A DNA stretch of 64,000 nucleotides from Chlamydiota bacterium. GTDB lineage: Bacteria > Auribacterota > JACPWU01. The notes under the pieces were generated by a model. That model worked only from the letters and a program-made list of their open reading frames with translations, ran no database searches and had not been told where the DNA came from. The position numbers and the translations under genes are program-made. Of this stretch, positions 40,808 to 50,004 are shown one piece after another; the first letter of the stretch is position 1; each line of letters starts with the position of its first letter. The stretch covers positions 77,325 through 141,324 of the forward strand of contig JACOUC010000035.1 of assembly GCA_016178055.1 (NCBI GenBank). Direction: 5' to 3'.

Positions 40808-41797
40808 TCACCTCAACTGCATTTTTTGCATGGTCTTAATATTGTAGTAGCGTGGGTCCGTCATAGAATCAGGAATTTTGTTTGCTTGAAATGCTTCAAC
40901 CAAATCTCTCACCGCATCCTCAATCGTATGCTTTGGAATAAATCCCAATTCTCTTTTAATTTTTTCTGAAGAAACATGGTAAGACCGATTGTCGTCCGTA
41001 GGTGTTGTCACCACCTTTACATCTTGGCCCACAATTTTCTTCACCATTTGAGCAATGTCCATCACCTTGCGGTTGTCATAACCTGCGTTAAAAATTTTTC
41101 CATCTATTTTTTCATCCGGCCATTCTAAAGACTTCACATAGAGGTCTGTCATGTCTTCAATATGAATATTAGGACGAAGTTGATCCCCTCCAAAAACCTT
41201 AATCACCCGATTCGTAAAGGCATGATTGGTTAAAATATTTACGGTTAAATCTAAACGTAAACGCGGAGAATAGCCACAAACCGTTGCGGGTCTTAAAATC
41301 AAGGTGACAAAATCTTTTGTTCTCTCTTTGAGCAAAACCTCTTCGCACAACGCCTTATATTTTGAATAATCCGTGAGGGGCATGAGAGGTAAATCCTCTG
41401 TTACATCTCCTTCTTTAATTCCATAAACGCTGGAAGAAGAAGCATAAACAAATCGCTTCACGCCACTTTCTTTAGCAATTTTGACAAGATGAACAAAGGC
41501 ATCATAATTGATGGATTTTCCTAAAGCGGGATCCAATTCAAAACTGGGGTCGTTGGAGATACAAGCCAAATGAATCAGGGCATCTGCGCCTGGCACTGTC
41601 TTCTTCAAAAGAGCCTGATCTCTGATATCTCCCTTGATGATTTCTAGATTAGAATGATTTTTGACAGAATCAAAAACATGATCTCCATAGATGAAAAGAT
41701 CAATCACTTTAACACGATACCCCCTGCCTAAAAGCTTAGGAACAAGAACCGACCCCACGTATCCGGCACCGCCTGTGATATAAACTGTTTGGATCAT
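40808..41797 (-). CDS. NAD-dependent epimerase/dehydratase
   Basis: TGGAGYVG, YSKYK, RPATVCG. Confidence 0.9.
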   Translation of the reverse strand: MIQTVYITGGAGYVGSVLVPKLLGRGYRVKVIDLFIYGDHVFDSVKNHSNLEIIKGDIRDQALLKKTVPGADALIHLACISNDPSFELDPALGKSINYDAFVHLVKIAKESGVKRFVYASSSSVYGIKEGDVTEDLPLMPLTDYSKYKALCEEVLLKERTKDFVTLILRPATVCGYSPRLRLDLTVNILTNHAFTNRVIKVFGGDQLRPNIHIEDMTDLYVKSLEWPDEKIDGKIFNAGYDNRKVMDIAQMVKKIVGQDVKVVTTPTDDNRSYHVSSEKIKRELGFIPKHTIEDAVRDLVEAFQANKIPDSMTDPRYYNIKTMQKMQLR

Positions 41798-41798
41798 A

Positions 41799-42179
41799 CT
41801 ATTTCACTAACGCGTGAGGAAAATTTGGACTTTCCGGGTTAACCACAAGCTTGCGATGAGCGGGGGATACGATTAAATCCATATCCTCCATGGGCACAGC
41901 TCCCAACAGAACTTCATCACCTATCACAAGGGCCCCAACAAAACAATTACGATTCTCAAATATTACCTCTACAGGTCCAACATACGAAACCAGATGCCGT
42001 TTTCCGTCAGCAGTCGTCACTTCCCTTTTGTTATTTTCCTCGAGCTTCAACTGCAACGCAACATGTTCCGGAATACAAAGCGTTAAGGCGCCTGTATCCA
42101 CCATGGCCTTTGTTAATACCACCTTTAACTTTGGCAACCGTGGATTTTTAAGTTGAATTTCTGCATGGATATAACCCAT
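41799..42179 (-). CDS. Clan AA (retropepsin-like) aspartic protease
   Basis: AMVDTGA and VLLG motifs, 126 aa. Confidence 0.85.
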   Translation of the reverse strand: MGYIHAEIQLKNPRLPKLKVVLTKAMVDTGALTLCIPEHVALQLKLEENNKREVTTADGKRHLVSYVGPVEVIFENRNCFVGALVIGDEVLLGAVPMEDMDLIVSPAHRKLVVNPESPNFPHALVK

Positions 42180-42257
42180 AGTATCCCCTTCTCAGACAGA
42201 CCAATTCTACCATTTATCCAAAAAACTTCGAATCTTTTCGGATAAAAGAGATGAACG

Positions 42258-43790
42258 TTATTTCAAAAGGGTTTCCATACTTTTCAGGAGTCCAATCTTC
42301 GAAATGGCCAGCCCTGTCCCCATGACACCCACCTTTTCAGCCGCCGCAAGATTACCGAGCAGCAAGGAAAGATCGGTAGGAAGGCCTCCTCCAAAGCAGG
42401 CAGACGTAATCCCGAGCAACGTGTCTCCAGCCCCAATACGGTCCACCACTTTATTTGCAAAGGGTGGACAACTTAAGAAACCCTCTTCTTCCCGATAAGC
42501 CAAAGCCCCTTTCACACCTCTGGTCATGACAACGGTTTCACATCCCATCCGGCGATAAAGTTGTTCAACCAGAACTTTTTCATCCTTGGTTCGTGTTCTA
42601 TATTCATGACGCAATTCCCCCTCGTGAATACAAACATAATCTGCTCGGGGATATTTTGAAATGGTGTGATAACCAATGTTAGAAGCATTTACCTGAGTAT
42701 TAACAGCTAAAAATTTTTTCTCCTTCATTAAAAACTCTACAATCTTCTCTGAAATTAAGCCATGCCCATAGTCTGCCACAATGATAAGGTCATGATCTGG
42801 TAAATGCTGCTTCAATTTTGAGAGAAGAACATCTTCTTCATCACTTGTGATCAGTTCATCATTGATTTCATAAACTCCGAAAAGCTTAGACTTCGTATAA
42901 GCATCCACATAACGCGTTTTCACAAGAGTCGGGGAATTGGATTTTGTGATGCAATCTAGATGAACATTGGGTTTCAGATGATTTAAAACAAAATCGTTTC
43001 GATCTCGAGTATTGCCCTCATAACTCGCAATGGTGATTTTCTGGCAAAAATCTGACAGGTGATTCGCGATCGCTAACACGCCCCCTGCATAAGCCTCTGT
43101 TTGAAGTTTTTGCATGACCAGCATCGGTTCTTTTGCAGACTTCCCAATGGCATTACAAAAAACATATTCATCTATAATGGCTTCACCGATTAAAAGAACT
43201 CTAAGACTGGATAATTGGCTCAAATATTCTCTAATGGCCTGGGAAGAATATTTCCCTTTGATCCGATCGAGATACTCCATTTGCTCTCTCGTATAAAGGG
43301 GAAAATGCTGATTTAAAAGAGCTGACGAGCTAAACGTAACATCATTCGTATACCGAATTTCTCCATTCACAAAGCGTACCGACTCCTCTTCGAGGCCAAT
43401 CATCCCCGTCACATCCTTTTGATGATCGCGATAGTCAGGCCCCTTTACATAAATATGAGGCTTCAAACACCGAATCGTTTCCACTGCGGTAGGCCATTCG
43501 TTGATGGCCACGTGATCAACAACATCTAAACTGGCGATCATTTCTGCGCGATGGTCCTGCGTAAAAACCGGGCGCATCGGACCCCTATTCACAAATCGGT
43601 CAGGCGTTAACGTGACCACCAAAATATCTCCCATGGCCTTGGCCTCTTTAAAATATCGCAGATGTCCCACATGTAATAAATCAAAGACTCCATGGCAGTG
43701 AACGATTTTTTTATCTTGCAAACGAAGGGCTTCAAGCTCTTGCGCTAAAACATCAAGGGTTTTAATTTTTCCATCTTTCAGTTGTAACAT
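42258..43790 (-). CDS. HldE/RfaE-like bifunctional nucleotidyltransferase / PfkB sugar kinase
   Basis: HGVFDLLHVGH, KGPDY, DYGHG, DRIGAGD. Confidence 0.88.
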   Translation of the reverse strand: MLQLKDGKIKTLDVLAQELEALRLQDKKIVHCHGVFDLLHVGHLRYFKEAKAMGDILVVTLTPDRFVNRGPMRPVFTQDHRAEMIASLDVVDHVAINEWPTAVETIRCLKPHIYVKGPDYRDHQKDVTGMIGLEEESVRFVNGEIRYTNDVTFSSSALLNQHFPLYTREQMEYLDRIKGKYSSQAIREYLSQLSSLRVLLIGEAIIDEYVFCNAIGKSAKEPMLVMQKLQTEAYAGGVLAIANHLSDFCQKITIASYEGNTRDRNDFVLNHLKPNVHLDCITKSNSPTLVKTRYVDAYTKSKLFGVYEINDELITSDEEDVLLSKLKQHLPDHDLIIVADYGHGLISEKIVEFLMKEKKFLAVNTQVNASNIGYHTISKYPRADYVCIHEGELRHEYRTRTKDEKVLVEQLYRRMGCETVVMTRGVKGALAYREEEGFLSCPPFANKVVDRIGAGDTLLGITSACFGGGLPTDLSLLLGNLAAAEKVGVMGTGLAISKIGLLKSMETLLK

Positions 43791-43794
43791 AAAC

Positions 43795-44186
43795 TTATCC
43801 ACGGAGATGATCTTGAATACAATCTGCAATTTTCGAAACAATCTTCATGCATTGGATACAAACCCTCTCGTCTGGCTCGAAGTTTGGAAGGACACTGCTG
43901 AGAGGATATTTTGATGGAAGATAAATCGAAATCTAGTAAATCACATTCATCTTCGGAAACAACTATTTCTTTTCCTGCTTTTCTAAGCAACATTATTAAT
44001 TCATGTATGTTATGAGTCTTCTTTAAACCCATCGACAATTCTATACACAACGCCTTGAGATATTTTTCTGAAGATTGTTGTAAGTTTTGAAGACAGGGGT
44101 TGTAAAGATGGCTTTTAAGCAATATCTTTGCTGCCTCAAGATTCTCTTCAGCATATTTGGAGCCAATCATGAGTTTCATCGTTCAT
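43795..44186 (-). pseudogene. HEPN-domain toxin with two +1 frameshifts
   Basis: MNDETHDWL/YAEENL...QQSSEKYLKA...KTHN...DLLD/SIYLPSKYP. Confidence 0.75.
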
Positions 44187-44481
44187 AGACAATCTCCCCC
44201 CTATTTATTTCCGATAAAAAGAAATCATTTTGTACATGGGGTCTTACCGGGATGATGTCTACAGCGATTTTAAGAAGCACAGGACGTATTTGCTTTCTAT
44301 ATTTTAAAGCTAGTTGTAGATATGATTTGTTGCTGCTTTGAAATATTGCTACATCCATGTCATGCGGATTTTCTGATTTTAAAAATGAACCAAATATAAC
44401 AATACGCTGAATCTCTTTGTCGGATGAAAGACAGGAAACAAGTTCTTTCGTCAATTCTTTTTTTAAAGGGGCCGTAAACAT
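44176..44481 (-). CDS. Minimal nucleotidyltransferase (MNT) antitoxin
   Basis: IFGS...HDMDVAI...VDII. Confidence 0.85.
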   Translation of the reverse strand: MFTAPLKKELTKELVSCLSSDKEIQRIVIFGSFLKSENPHDMDVAIFQSSNKSYLQLALKYRKQIRPVLLKIAVDIIPVRPHVQNDFFLSEINRGEIVYER

Positions 44482-44543
44482 ATTTTTCTAATCCACGTTT
44501 GCCAAAAATTACTCCATTCTCCTAAAACAAACTTCCTAATCTG

Positions 44544-45580
44544 TTAACCCAGATGCTTAAACCAATCTTTCGTCGCAACTTCAATAGAATCTTTATCCCA
44601 GAGCGGGGCATCCCGCCACGCGTCAATGTGATCCAGCATGATGCGAACACCCTTTTGAAAGGAAACTTTGGGTTGCCAGTGTAAAATCCGCTTTATTTTA
44701 TTGATATCCGCAAAGGTACAATTGGGTTCTCCAGGTCGTTTGGGAATATGAATCACATCCCCGCCCAATAATTCTACCAACTCGTTCACACGATAAGTAT
44801 TCCCAGACCCCACATTAAAAATCTCGCCTGACACATTTGATTCGGCTGCCCGAAGAAGTGCATCCGCTACATCCGTGACAAAAGTAAAATCTCTGGTTTG
44901 ATTACCATCTCCCACAACGGTGAAGGGTTTCCCCGCTAATTTCTGGGCCAGAAAAACACCAAAAACCGCCCCATAAGTTCCTGTTGTCCTAGACCGAGGA
45001 CCATACACATTAAAAAATCGAAGAGAAACGGCAGGCATCTTGTAAGTCTTCTCCCAGTGAAGCACATATTGTTCACCCAAATATTTGGTTAAAGCATAAG
45101 GGTACATCGGTCGAATCGGCGCCGTTTCTGGCGTAGGATATTGATCGGGAATTCCATAACAAGAAGAAGAAGCTACGTAGATAAAGCGTTTGACACCTGA
45201 CAAGCGTGCTGCCTCTAAAACGGAGACTGTTCCATCGACATTTGATCGATGATATTTGAGAGGTTCTTGAATTGAAGGGACAATATCAGCCAAGGCAGCT
45301 AAATGAAAAACCCAGTCTATGTTTTGAAATAAAGGCCTTATGTCAATCACATTTTCGACACCCATTTTATAAATCTTTAGCCCGCATTTCTCATCAGATT
45401 TCGTCGCGAGAGCGCCGAGTCCGCTTTGGATGCGAGGAAGACGACCGAGGCCATGCGAGGCATACTTTACAGTATGTTGAGCGTGGCCGACCGAGTCTGA
45501 CGAAGCAGACGAGGCGGAAGCAGACGTTCGACCAGATGACTTCCGATAAAACCAGCTCCTCCTGTAACCAAGCAACGCAT
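44544..45580 (-). pseudogene. NAD-dependent epimerase/dehydratase disrupted by a MITE plus a deletion
   Basis: True start MRCLVTGGAGFIGSHLVERLL (ATG 45580) runs into MITE sequence and stops; HLAALAD and YALTK are in another frame. Confidence 0.85.
45378..45519. mobile_element. Truncated second copy of the 6680 MITE
   Basis: TA|GCCCGCATTTCTCATCAGATTTCG... highly similar over about 140 bp; right TIR missing. Confidence 0.9.
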
Positions 45581-45581
45581 C

Positions 45582-46940
45582 TTAATAAACTCCCTCAACA
45601 GCTGTTCTCTCACCGAGAAAATCTGTACTCCAAGCTAGACGAGGTCGAACAGTACCACACCATCTCCCATAATATTCTTTCCTCATTTCACCTGTATCGT
45701 GAACATTAAATGACAGAACATAATCTTGAAGAATTTGTGTATCCGAAATCCCTTTACCAATAATGGCCGCAATACTATAGAGTCCTTCATTTAAAAAATT
45801 ACCGGGTATGATACATACAGTCTGAAACAGACCCACCGGATAAGGTTGTCCGCTCCATGGGTCTTCGGTCAATGAAATGGATCTATGATTACTAGAAGAA
45901 AGAACGTAAGTTCCGACCGGATCTCGTAGCCAAATTGCTGCATACAATTTTGTTTGCGATTTCAAATTCCAATAGGTAATCTCAATTCGAATTTCCTTCG
46001 ATATATCTACATCTGCCGTAGGTCCTTCCACCCCATCCTGAAAAATTCGTACTGAATGAAGACGAACAAGGTCATTCCCGGGAGCATTCGCAACATCTGG
46101 CCAAACCATCTCTCCTCCTAAAGAGCGAGCCACGGCCAGATACTCCTGAACAACTTCAGCGGCAGATCCATTTTTAACCACTTCTCCTTCTTTTAAGAGA
46201 AGAGCTCTCGGGCACAAATTCATAATGCTCGGCATATTGTGAGATACAATCACAACCGTGCGCCCCTCTTTCGCAACATCCCCCATTTTTCCCAAACACT
46301 TCTTCTGAAATTCGGCGTCGCCAACAGCAAGAACCTCATCCACCAAAAGCACCTCAGGCTCCAGATGTGCCGCAACAGCAAACGCTAACCGCACATACAT
46401 TCCGCTTGAATAGCGTTTGACAGGCGTATCGATAAACTTCTCCACTTCAGCAAAAGCAACAATTTCATCAAATTTTCTTCGAATTTCGATTCGTTTCATC
46501 CCCATGATCGCGCCATTGAGAAAAATATTTTCTCGCCCCGTAAGCTCTGGATGGAAGCCCGTCCCCACTTCCAAGAGGCTTCGAACACGACCGTGAATTT
46601 CCGCCCTGCCCTCTGTGGGCTCTGTAATGCGGGAAAGAATTTTGAGGAGCGTACTTTTCCCGGCGCCATTGCGACCAATGACACCAACGACCTCGCCTTG
46701 CTTGATTTCAAAAGAGACATCTTTCAACGCCCAAATTTCATTATCGTTCAAAGGTTCAAAGGTTGAAGAGTTCAAAGATTTTCCAAAGTTCTGTAATCTT
46801 CTGATCTTCGAGTTGGCGAAACGAAAAGGGGCTGTAGCAAGCTGCGTTAAACGATCGCGAAAACTATAGTAACACTCCCGCTCCCCAATTTTGTAGAGCT
46901 TCCCTACATTTTCAACCCGAATGGCGATGTTGTCAGACAT
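45582..46940 (-). CDS. wzt: O-antigen ABC exporter ATPase with Wzt C-terminal domain
   Basis: GRNGAGKST, YSSGM, LLVDEVLAVGD, about 170-aa C-terminal extension. Confidence 0.92.
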   Translation of the reverse strand: MSDNIAIRVENVGKLYKIGERECYYSFRDRLTQLATAPFRFANSKIRRLQNFGKSLNSSTFEPLNDNEIWALKDVSFEIKQGEVVGVIGRNGAGKSTLLKILSRITEPTEGRAEIHGRVRSLLEVGTGFHPELTGRENIFLNGAIMGMKRIEIRRKFDEIVAFAEVEKFIDTPVKRYSSGMYVRLAFAVAAHLEPEVLLVDEVLAVGDAEFQKKCLGKMGDVAKEGRTVVIVSHNMPSIMNLCPRALLLKEGEVVKNGSAAEVVQEYLAVARSLGGEMVWPDVANAPGNDLVRLHSVRIFQDGVEGPTADVDISKEIRIEITYWNLKSQTKLYAAIWLRDPVGTYVLSSSNHRSISLTEDPWSGQPYPVGLFQTVCIIPGNFLNEGLYSIAAIIGKGISDTQILQDYVLSFNVHDTGEMRKEYYGRWCGTVRPRLAWSTDFLGERTAVEGVY

Positions 46941-47061
46941 AAGTTATTGTTAAAAGTCTAGGAATACTTTTCACTTCGAAACTAACTCTCGAATCGTTTT
47001 AGCCTTGATTCTGCCCAATCTGGGTATTTGCATTAACTCTTCCTCTGTTGTAAGAGCAATG

Positions 47062-47289
47062 TCATATTTCTTCGTCAGAATATCCCCTATGCCAGCATCG
47101 TTCTCTCGAAAATCCATTCTGATATTCAACGGCAAATACCCCATGAGAGTATGAATTCTTATCGTATTCATTTGTTAATTGTGCTTGCTCTAGCCACATA
47201 TCCCAATAGGCAAAGAGCTCTTCCTCCGATAAATTGCGCAAATCAAGATCTTCTTCACTTAAGAATTCGTCTTTTATTTTTTCCATCAT
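47062..47289 (-). CDS. Small acidic hypothetical protein downstream of the NTase
   Basis: GGAGG RBS, ATG 47289. Confidence 0.55.
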   Translation of the reverse strand: MMEKIKDEFLSEEDLDLRNLSEEELFAYWDMWLEQAQLTNEYDKNSYSHGVFAVEYQNGFSRERCWHRGYSDEEI

Positions 47290-47299
47290 CAAATCCTCC

Positions 47300-48082
47300 T
47301 CAAACTGAAAACGGCAGCACCCCAGATGCCCGAGTTGCAATTAGATGATGCGCTTCAAGAAGAGGATATCCTCGCACCTCTTTCTCCACTTGAATCCACA
47401 TCTTTGACCATTCCTCAGCCGCTTTCATGTAGGCCTCTAGTCGCGCTTCATTTGCATGAATAAGATGTCGTTTCTCCTCATCAAGTGCTTGTTCAAGAGC
47501 TAACCTGCCTTGCGAAATTTTACCCAGGAGAGGGCGTTCGATTACAAGCTCTAACAAAATTTCAGGATGTTTTGCTGCAAGCATCATAATATCTCTTGCA
47601 CTCCTTGAGTAAAGCATTTGATCCTTTGCACTGGAGAGCATCCGAGCCAGTTCCCCAATCACAGCATAATCCTTCTCCCGATTCGTCTCTTTTATTTCTA
47701 TCAAGGTCTTAATATCCACAAAAGGAATATCCTTTCCTTCTTGTTCTACCCATAGTCTATCCAAAGCAACTTGGGGTATTCTCGGGGGACGCGTAACAAA
47801 ATCCGTCCTTACTCGTAAATTGTTATAGCCAAATTCCAGATGAGAACTCCAACCACCCGATAGCCATCGAACATCCAAGGGTGCTCCAAATCGGTATTGT
47901 GCCCCATACTGGGACAAAACTTGCAAAACATGCCCCAGGGTCTCAAGTTCTTCTTTGAGTATCCAATCACCATCCTTACTCATCACAGCAAGATGGTGTA
48001 ACACGACGGCCTGACCCGAGGAAAGAACTGCCCGCAGTTTTCCTTCATTAAATCGTTCCGTCAATTCAACATAGATATTCAT
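47300..48082 (-). CDS. Nucleotidyltransferase-fold protein related to 35808..36620
   Basis: LSSGQAV...SKDGDW and LIEIKETNREKD. Confidence 0.6.
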   Translation of the reverse strand: MNIYVELTERFNEGKLRAVLSSGQAVVLHHLAVMSKDGDWILKEELETLGHVLQVLSQYGAQYRFGAPLDVRWLSGGWSSHLEFGYNNLRVRTDFVTRPPRIPQVALDRLWVEQEGKDIPFVDIKTLIEIKETNREKDYAVIGELARMLSSAKDQMLYSRSARDIMMLAAKHPEILLELVIERPLLGKISQGRLALEQALDEEKRHLIHANEARLEAYMKAAEEWSKMWIQVEKEVRGYPLLEAHHLIATRASGVLPFSV

Positions 48083-48112
48083 TTACACCCCATCCACAAA
48101 AAATCGGTCCAT
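48083..48112 (-). repeat. wzm 3'-end stub 3 (MDRFFVDGV*)
   Basis: + strand TTACACCCCATCCACAAAAAATCG vs wzm end TTACACCACATCCGCAAAAAAGCG. Confidence 0.75.
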
Positions 48113-48116
48113 CTTT

Positions 48117-48539
48117 TCAAACTTCCAAGAACACCGTCTTAATCCCCAATGCATTTGCGGATTTTGAAAAGGCCCGGTCTGCGGTCAAGGGGGTTAAATC
48201 TTCTGACACGGCAACGGCCAAATGCAGCGCATCGAAACTTCTCAGAGGCGTGCTAAACTCTCCAAGCCAATCCCTGGCCAGCCGATAATGGTGAGTCTCA
48301 ATGGCAACCTTCAAATAAAAACTTCCCTCAGCATGAGAAAGATATCTTGCAAGAACTCGCCTGCCATCTGTGGACTGCATTTGTCCTTCACGAATCTTTC
48401 TGGACACCGCTGAAAATAATTCTACCTCCGTCAAAGGGCTGATGACAGATTGTCCCCTCATGAGATAATGTTCCACTTTATCGCTCAAAGCTTCAGGGCA
48501 ATAGTAGGCGACCAAAACGCTCGTATCGATATAAAACAT
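48117..48539 (-). CDS. PIN-domain (VapC) toxin
   Basis: YIDTSVLV, E in TEVEL, LRSFDALHLA, TAD. Confidence 0.9.
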   Translation of the reverse strand: MFYIDTSVLVAYYCPEALSDKVEHYLMRGQSVISPLTEVELFSAVSRKIREGQMQSTDGRRVLARYLSHAEGSFYLKVAIETHHYRLARDWLGEFSTPLRSFDALHLAVAVSEDLTPLTADRAFSKSANALGIKTVFLEV

Positions 48540-48772
48540 TAACAGCGTTCCTCACCTCTGGCTCGAATCACAAGAGAACTTAAGGATTCACCCTTCATGC
48601 GAATCGTCGAGCGAAACGCCTTTAGACTTGGCAGATGCCGAACTCCTCTTTGAGGAGGAATGAGACGAGCCACCTCCTTACCATGACGAAGAATACTCAC
48701 CTCATCCCCTTCCTGAACCCGGTTTAGCAAGGAAGCAAACTGATTCCTCGCCTCTTTAACATTGATATTCAC
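48539..48772 (-). CDS. Phd/YefM-family antitoxin
   Basis: INVKEARNQFASLLNRV..G.EV.I.RHGKEVARL. Confidence 0.9.
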   Translation of the reverse strand: MNINVKEARNQFASLLNRVQEGDEVSILRHGKEVARLIPPQRGVRHLPSLKAFRSTIRMKGESLSSLVIRARGEERC

Positions 48773-48793
48773 GATTGTCCTCCTCTCCAACTA

Positions 48794-48833
48794 TGTACAC
48801 AATAAGAGTACACTATTCTGAAGAGGATGTAAA
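48794..48833 (-). promoter_or_regulatory. Candidate sigma70 promoter and operator for phd-PIN
   Basis: Minus strand TTTACA-N17-TACTCT, with two GTGTAC boxes overlapping and following the -10. Confidence 0.4.
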
Positions 48834-48854
48834 GCAAATTAAACCCATGTTCTC

Positions 48855-48884
48855 TTACACTACATCCGCAAAAAAACGCTCCGT
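48855..48884 (-). repeat. wzm 3'-end stub 2 (TERFFADVV*)
   Basis: 28/30 nt identical to 50005-50034; both differences are synonymous. Confidence 0.9.
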
Positions 48885-48916
48885 TCCTTTCTGATATTCA
48901 AAATGTGGTACCTCCC

Positions 48917-49279
48917 CTACACCGCGAGTGTCGTCGTTGCAACAAATCGATGCGCAATATTATCTACCATGACCCCAAAACCTTCTAACGTACGCACTCC
49001 AAGAAGATGCATATCCCCCTTTTCAGCAAAGACAACTTCGTCAATGGTTTCAAAGCCCTCAACACGCAAAACCGCATAGCCCACTTCTCTTTCGACAAGT
49101 TGCTTGGTTGCCGTTTGAAAACTTCGTTTTCGAAGAGGTAAAACCCCTATTCCCATCAGGACCTCTGCCGGTAACCAGGTCAGCTCTGAGCCTGTATCTA
49201 CGAGCACCTCAAGAGGCAAGGTGCTCTTTTTCAAATCAGATGGATGAAGCGCAATCACATTGACTTTAAATATACTCAT
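48917..49279 (-). CDS. Clan AA (retropepsin-like) aspartic protease
   Basis: VLVDTGS and LLGVRTLE. Confidence 0.85.
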   Translation of the reverse strand: MSIFKVNVIALHPSDLKKSTLPLEVLVDTGSELTWLPAEVLMGIGVLPLRKRSFQTATKQLVEREVGYAVLRVEGFETIDEVVFAEKGDMHLLGVRTLEGFGVMVDNIAHRFVATTTLAV

Positions 49280-49361
49280 ACACAGACCTCCCTCACCAGC
49301 ATTTTAGCATGTATCAGATTCCTGGACTCGATTTAGCAAAGAAGCAAATTGACCCCATTTT

Positions 49362-49409
49362 TTACACCACATCCGCAAAAAATAGTTCTTTTCTTCTAAA
49401 GTAAGACAT
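49362..49409 (-). repeat. wzm 3'-end stub 1 (MSYFRRKELFFADVV*)
   Basis: 21-nt exact match to the wzm end; YFRR conserved through different codons. Confidence 0.9.
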
Positions 49410-49411
49410 AT

Positions 49412-49651
49412 TTATCTTTGCACCTTGTCATGAAGAAACTCAGGAGCCAGATCCAAACCATTTTCCCAAACGATGGTATCCATTTCTACTTTAAACTTCT
49501 TAAACCTCTTTTCATCTTTTAACTCCTTGACGATCGACCTATGATCATGATGAACCATCTCATGCAAATCCACAATCCCCTCGATTTTATCATTAAAAAA
49601 AACCCTTATTTTAAAATTCTCTACATATTCTGCCTTGACAACCCAATACAT
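49412..49651 (-). CDS. DUF2442-like antitoxin
   Basis: F.D..EG.VDL and TIVWENGLDLAPEFL. Confidence 0.85.
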   Translation of the reverse strand: MYWVVKAEYVENFKIRVFFNDKIEGIVDLHEMVHHDHRSIVKELKDEKRFKKFKVEMDTIVWENGLDLAPEFLHDKVQR

Positions 49652-49653
49652 TT

Positions 49654-49758
49654 TTATGCCCTCCTAAACCAATTGTATTGAACATGAAAATGGGGAGGAG
49701 AATGATCATTGAAGTACATACAAATAACCATCCCAAGAAACCTGCTTATTTCTGGCAT
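49654..49758 (-). pseudogene. Truncated DUF4160 (HicA-like) toxin
   Basis: MPEISRFLGMVICMYFNDHSPPHFHVQY then a stop after 34 aa. Confidence 0.8.
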
Positions 49759-49786
49759 CTCATACCCTCTTCTATAATTTTATTTT

Positions 49787-49919
49787 AGGCATATGCACTT
49801 GACTTAAAGATGTCGTCCATTTGTAGTCACCCCATTTATGGGGCCATGCATGGATTGCCCGATAAATCGGGCGACTACGCTTGACGGATCAAGAATACTT
49901 GAGTCAAGTGTATATGCCT
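49787..49919. mobile_element. MITE-like element with 18-bp TIRs enclosing a GTAG-type REP doublet
   Basis: AGGCATATGCACTTGACT...AGTCAAGTGTATATGCCT; REPs at 49823-49844 and 49857-49878; TTTTATTTTA on both flanks. Confidence 0.7.
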
Positions 49920-50004
49920 TTTTTATTTTAATAAAACAATCCCTGTTTTCACCAAGTTTCGCCTTTGTCCATTCATGCTATTGATCCTGAGCACTCGCCT
50001 ATCC

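Noticed and set aside
44544..45575. 343-aa ORF as an intact epimerase
   Set aside because: Its N-terminus is out-of-frame and MITE-derived sequence; the GGAGFIG motif is in another frame.
49945..49980. HEWTKAKLGE peptide resembling a type I R-M HsdS N-terminus
   Set aside because: Ten residues with no start codon or continuation is insufficient.
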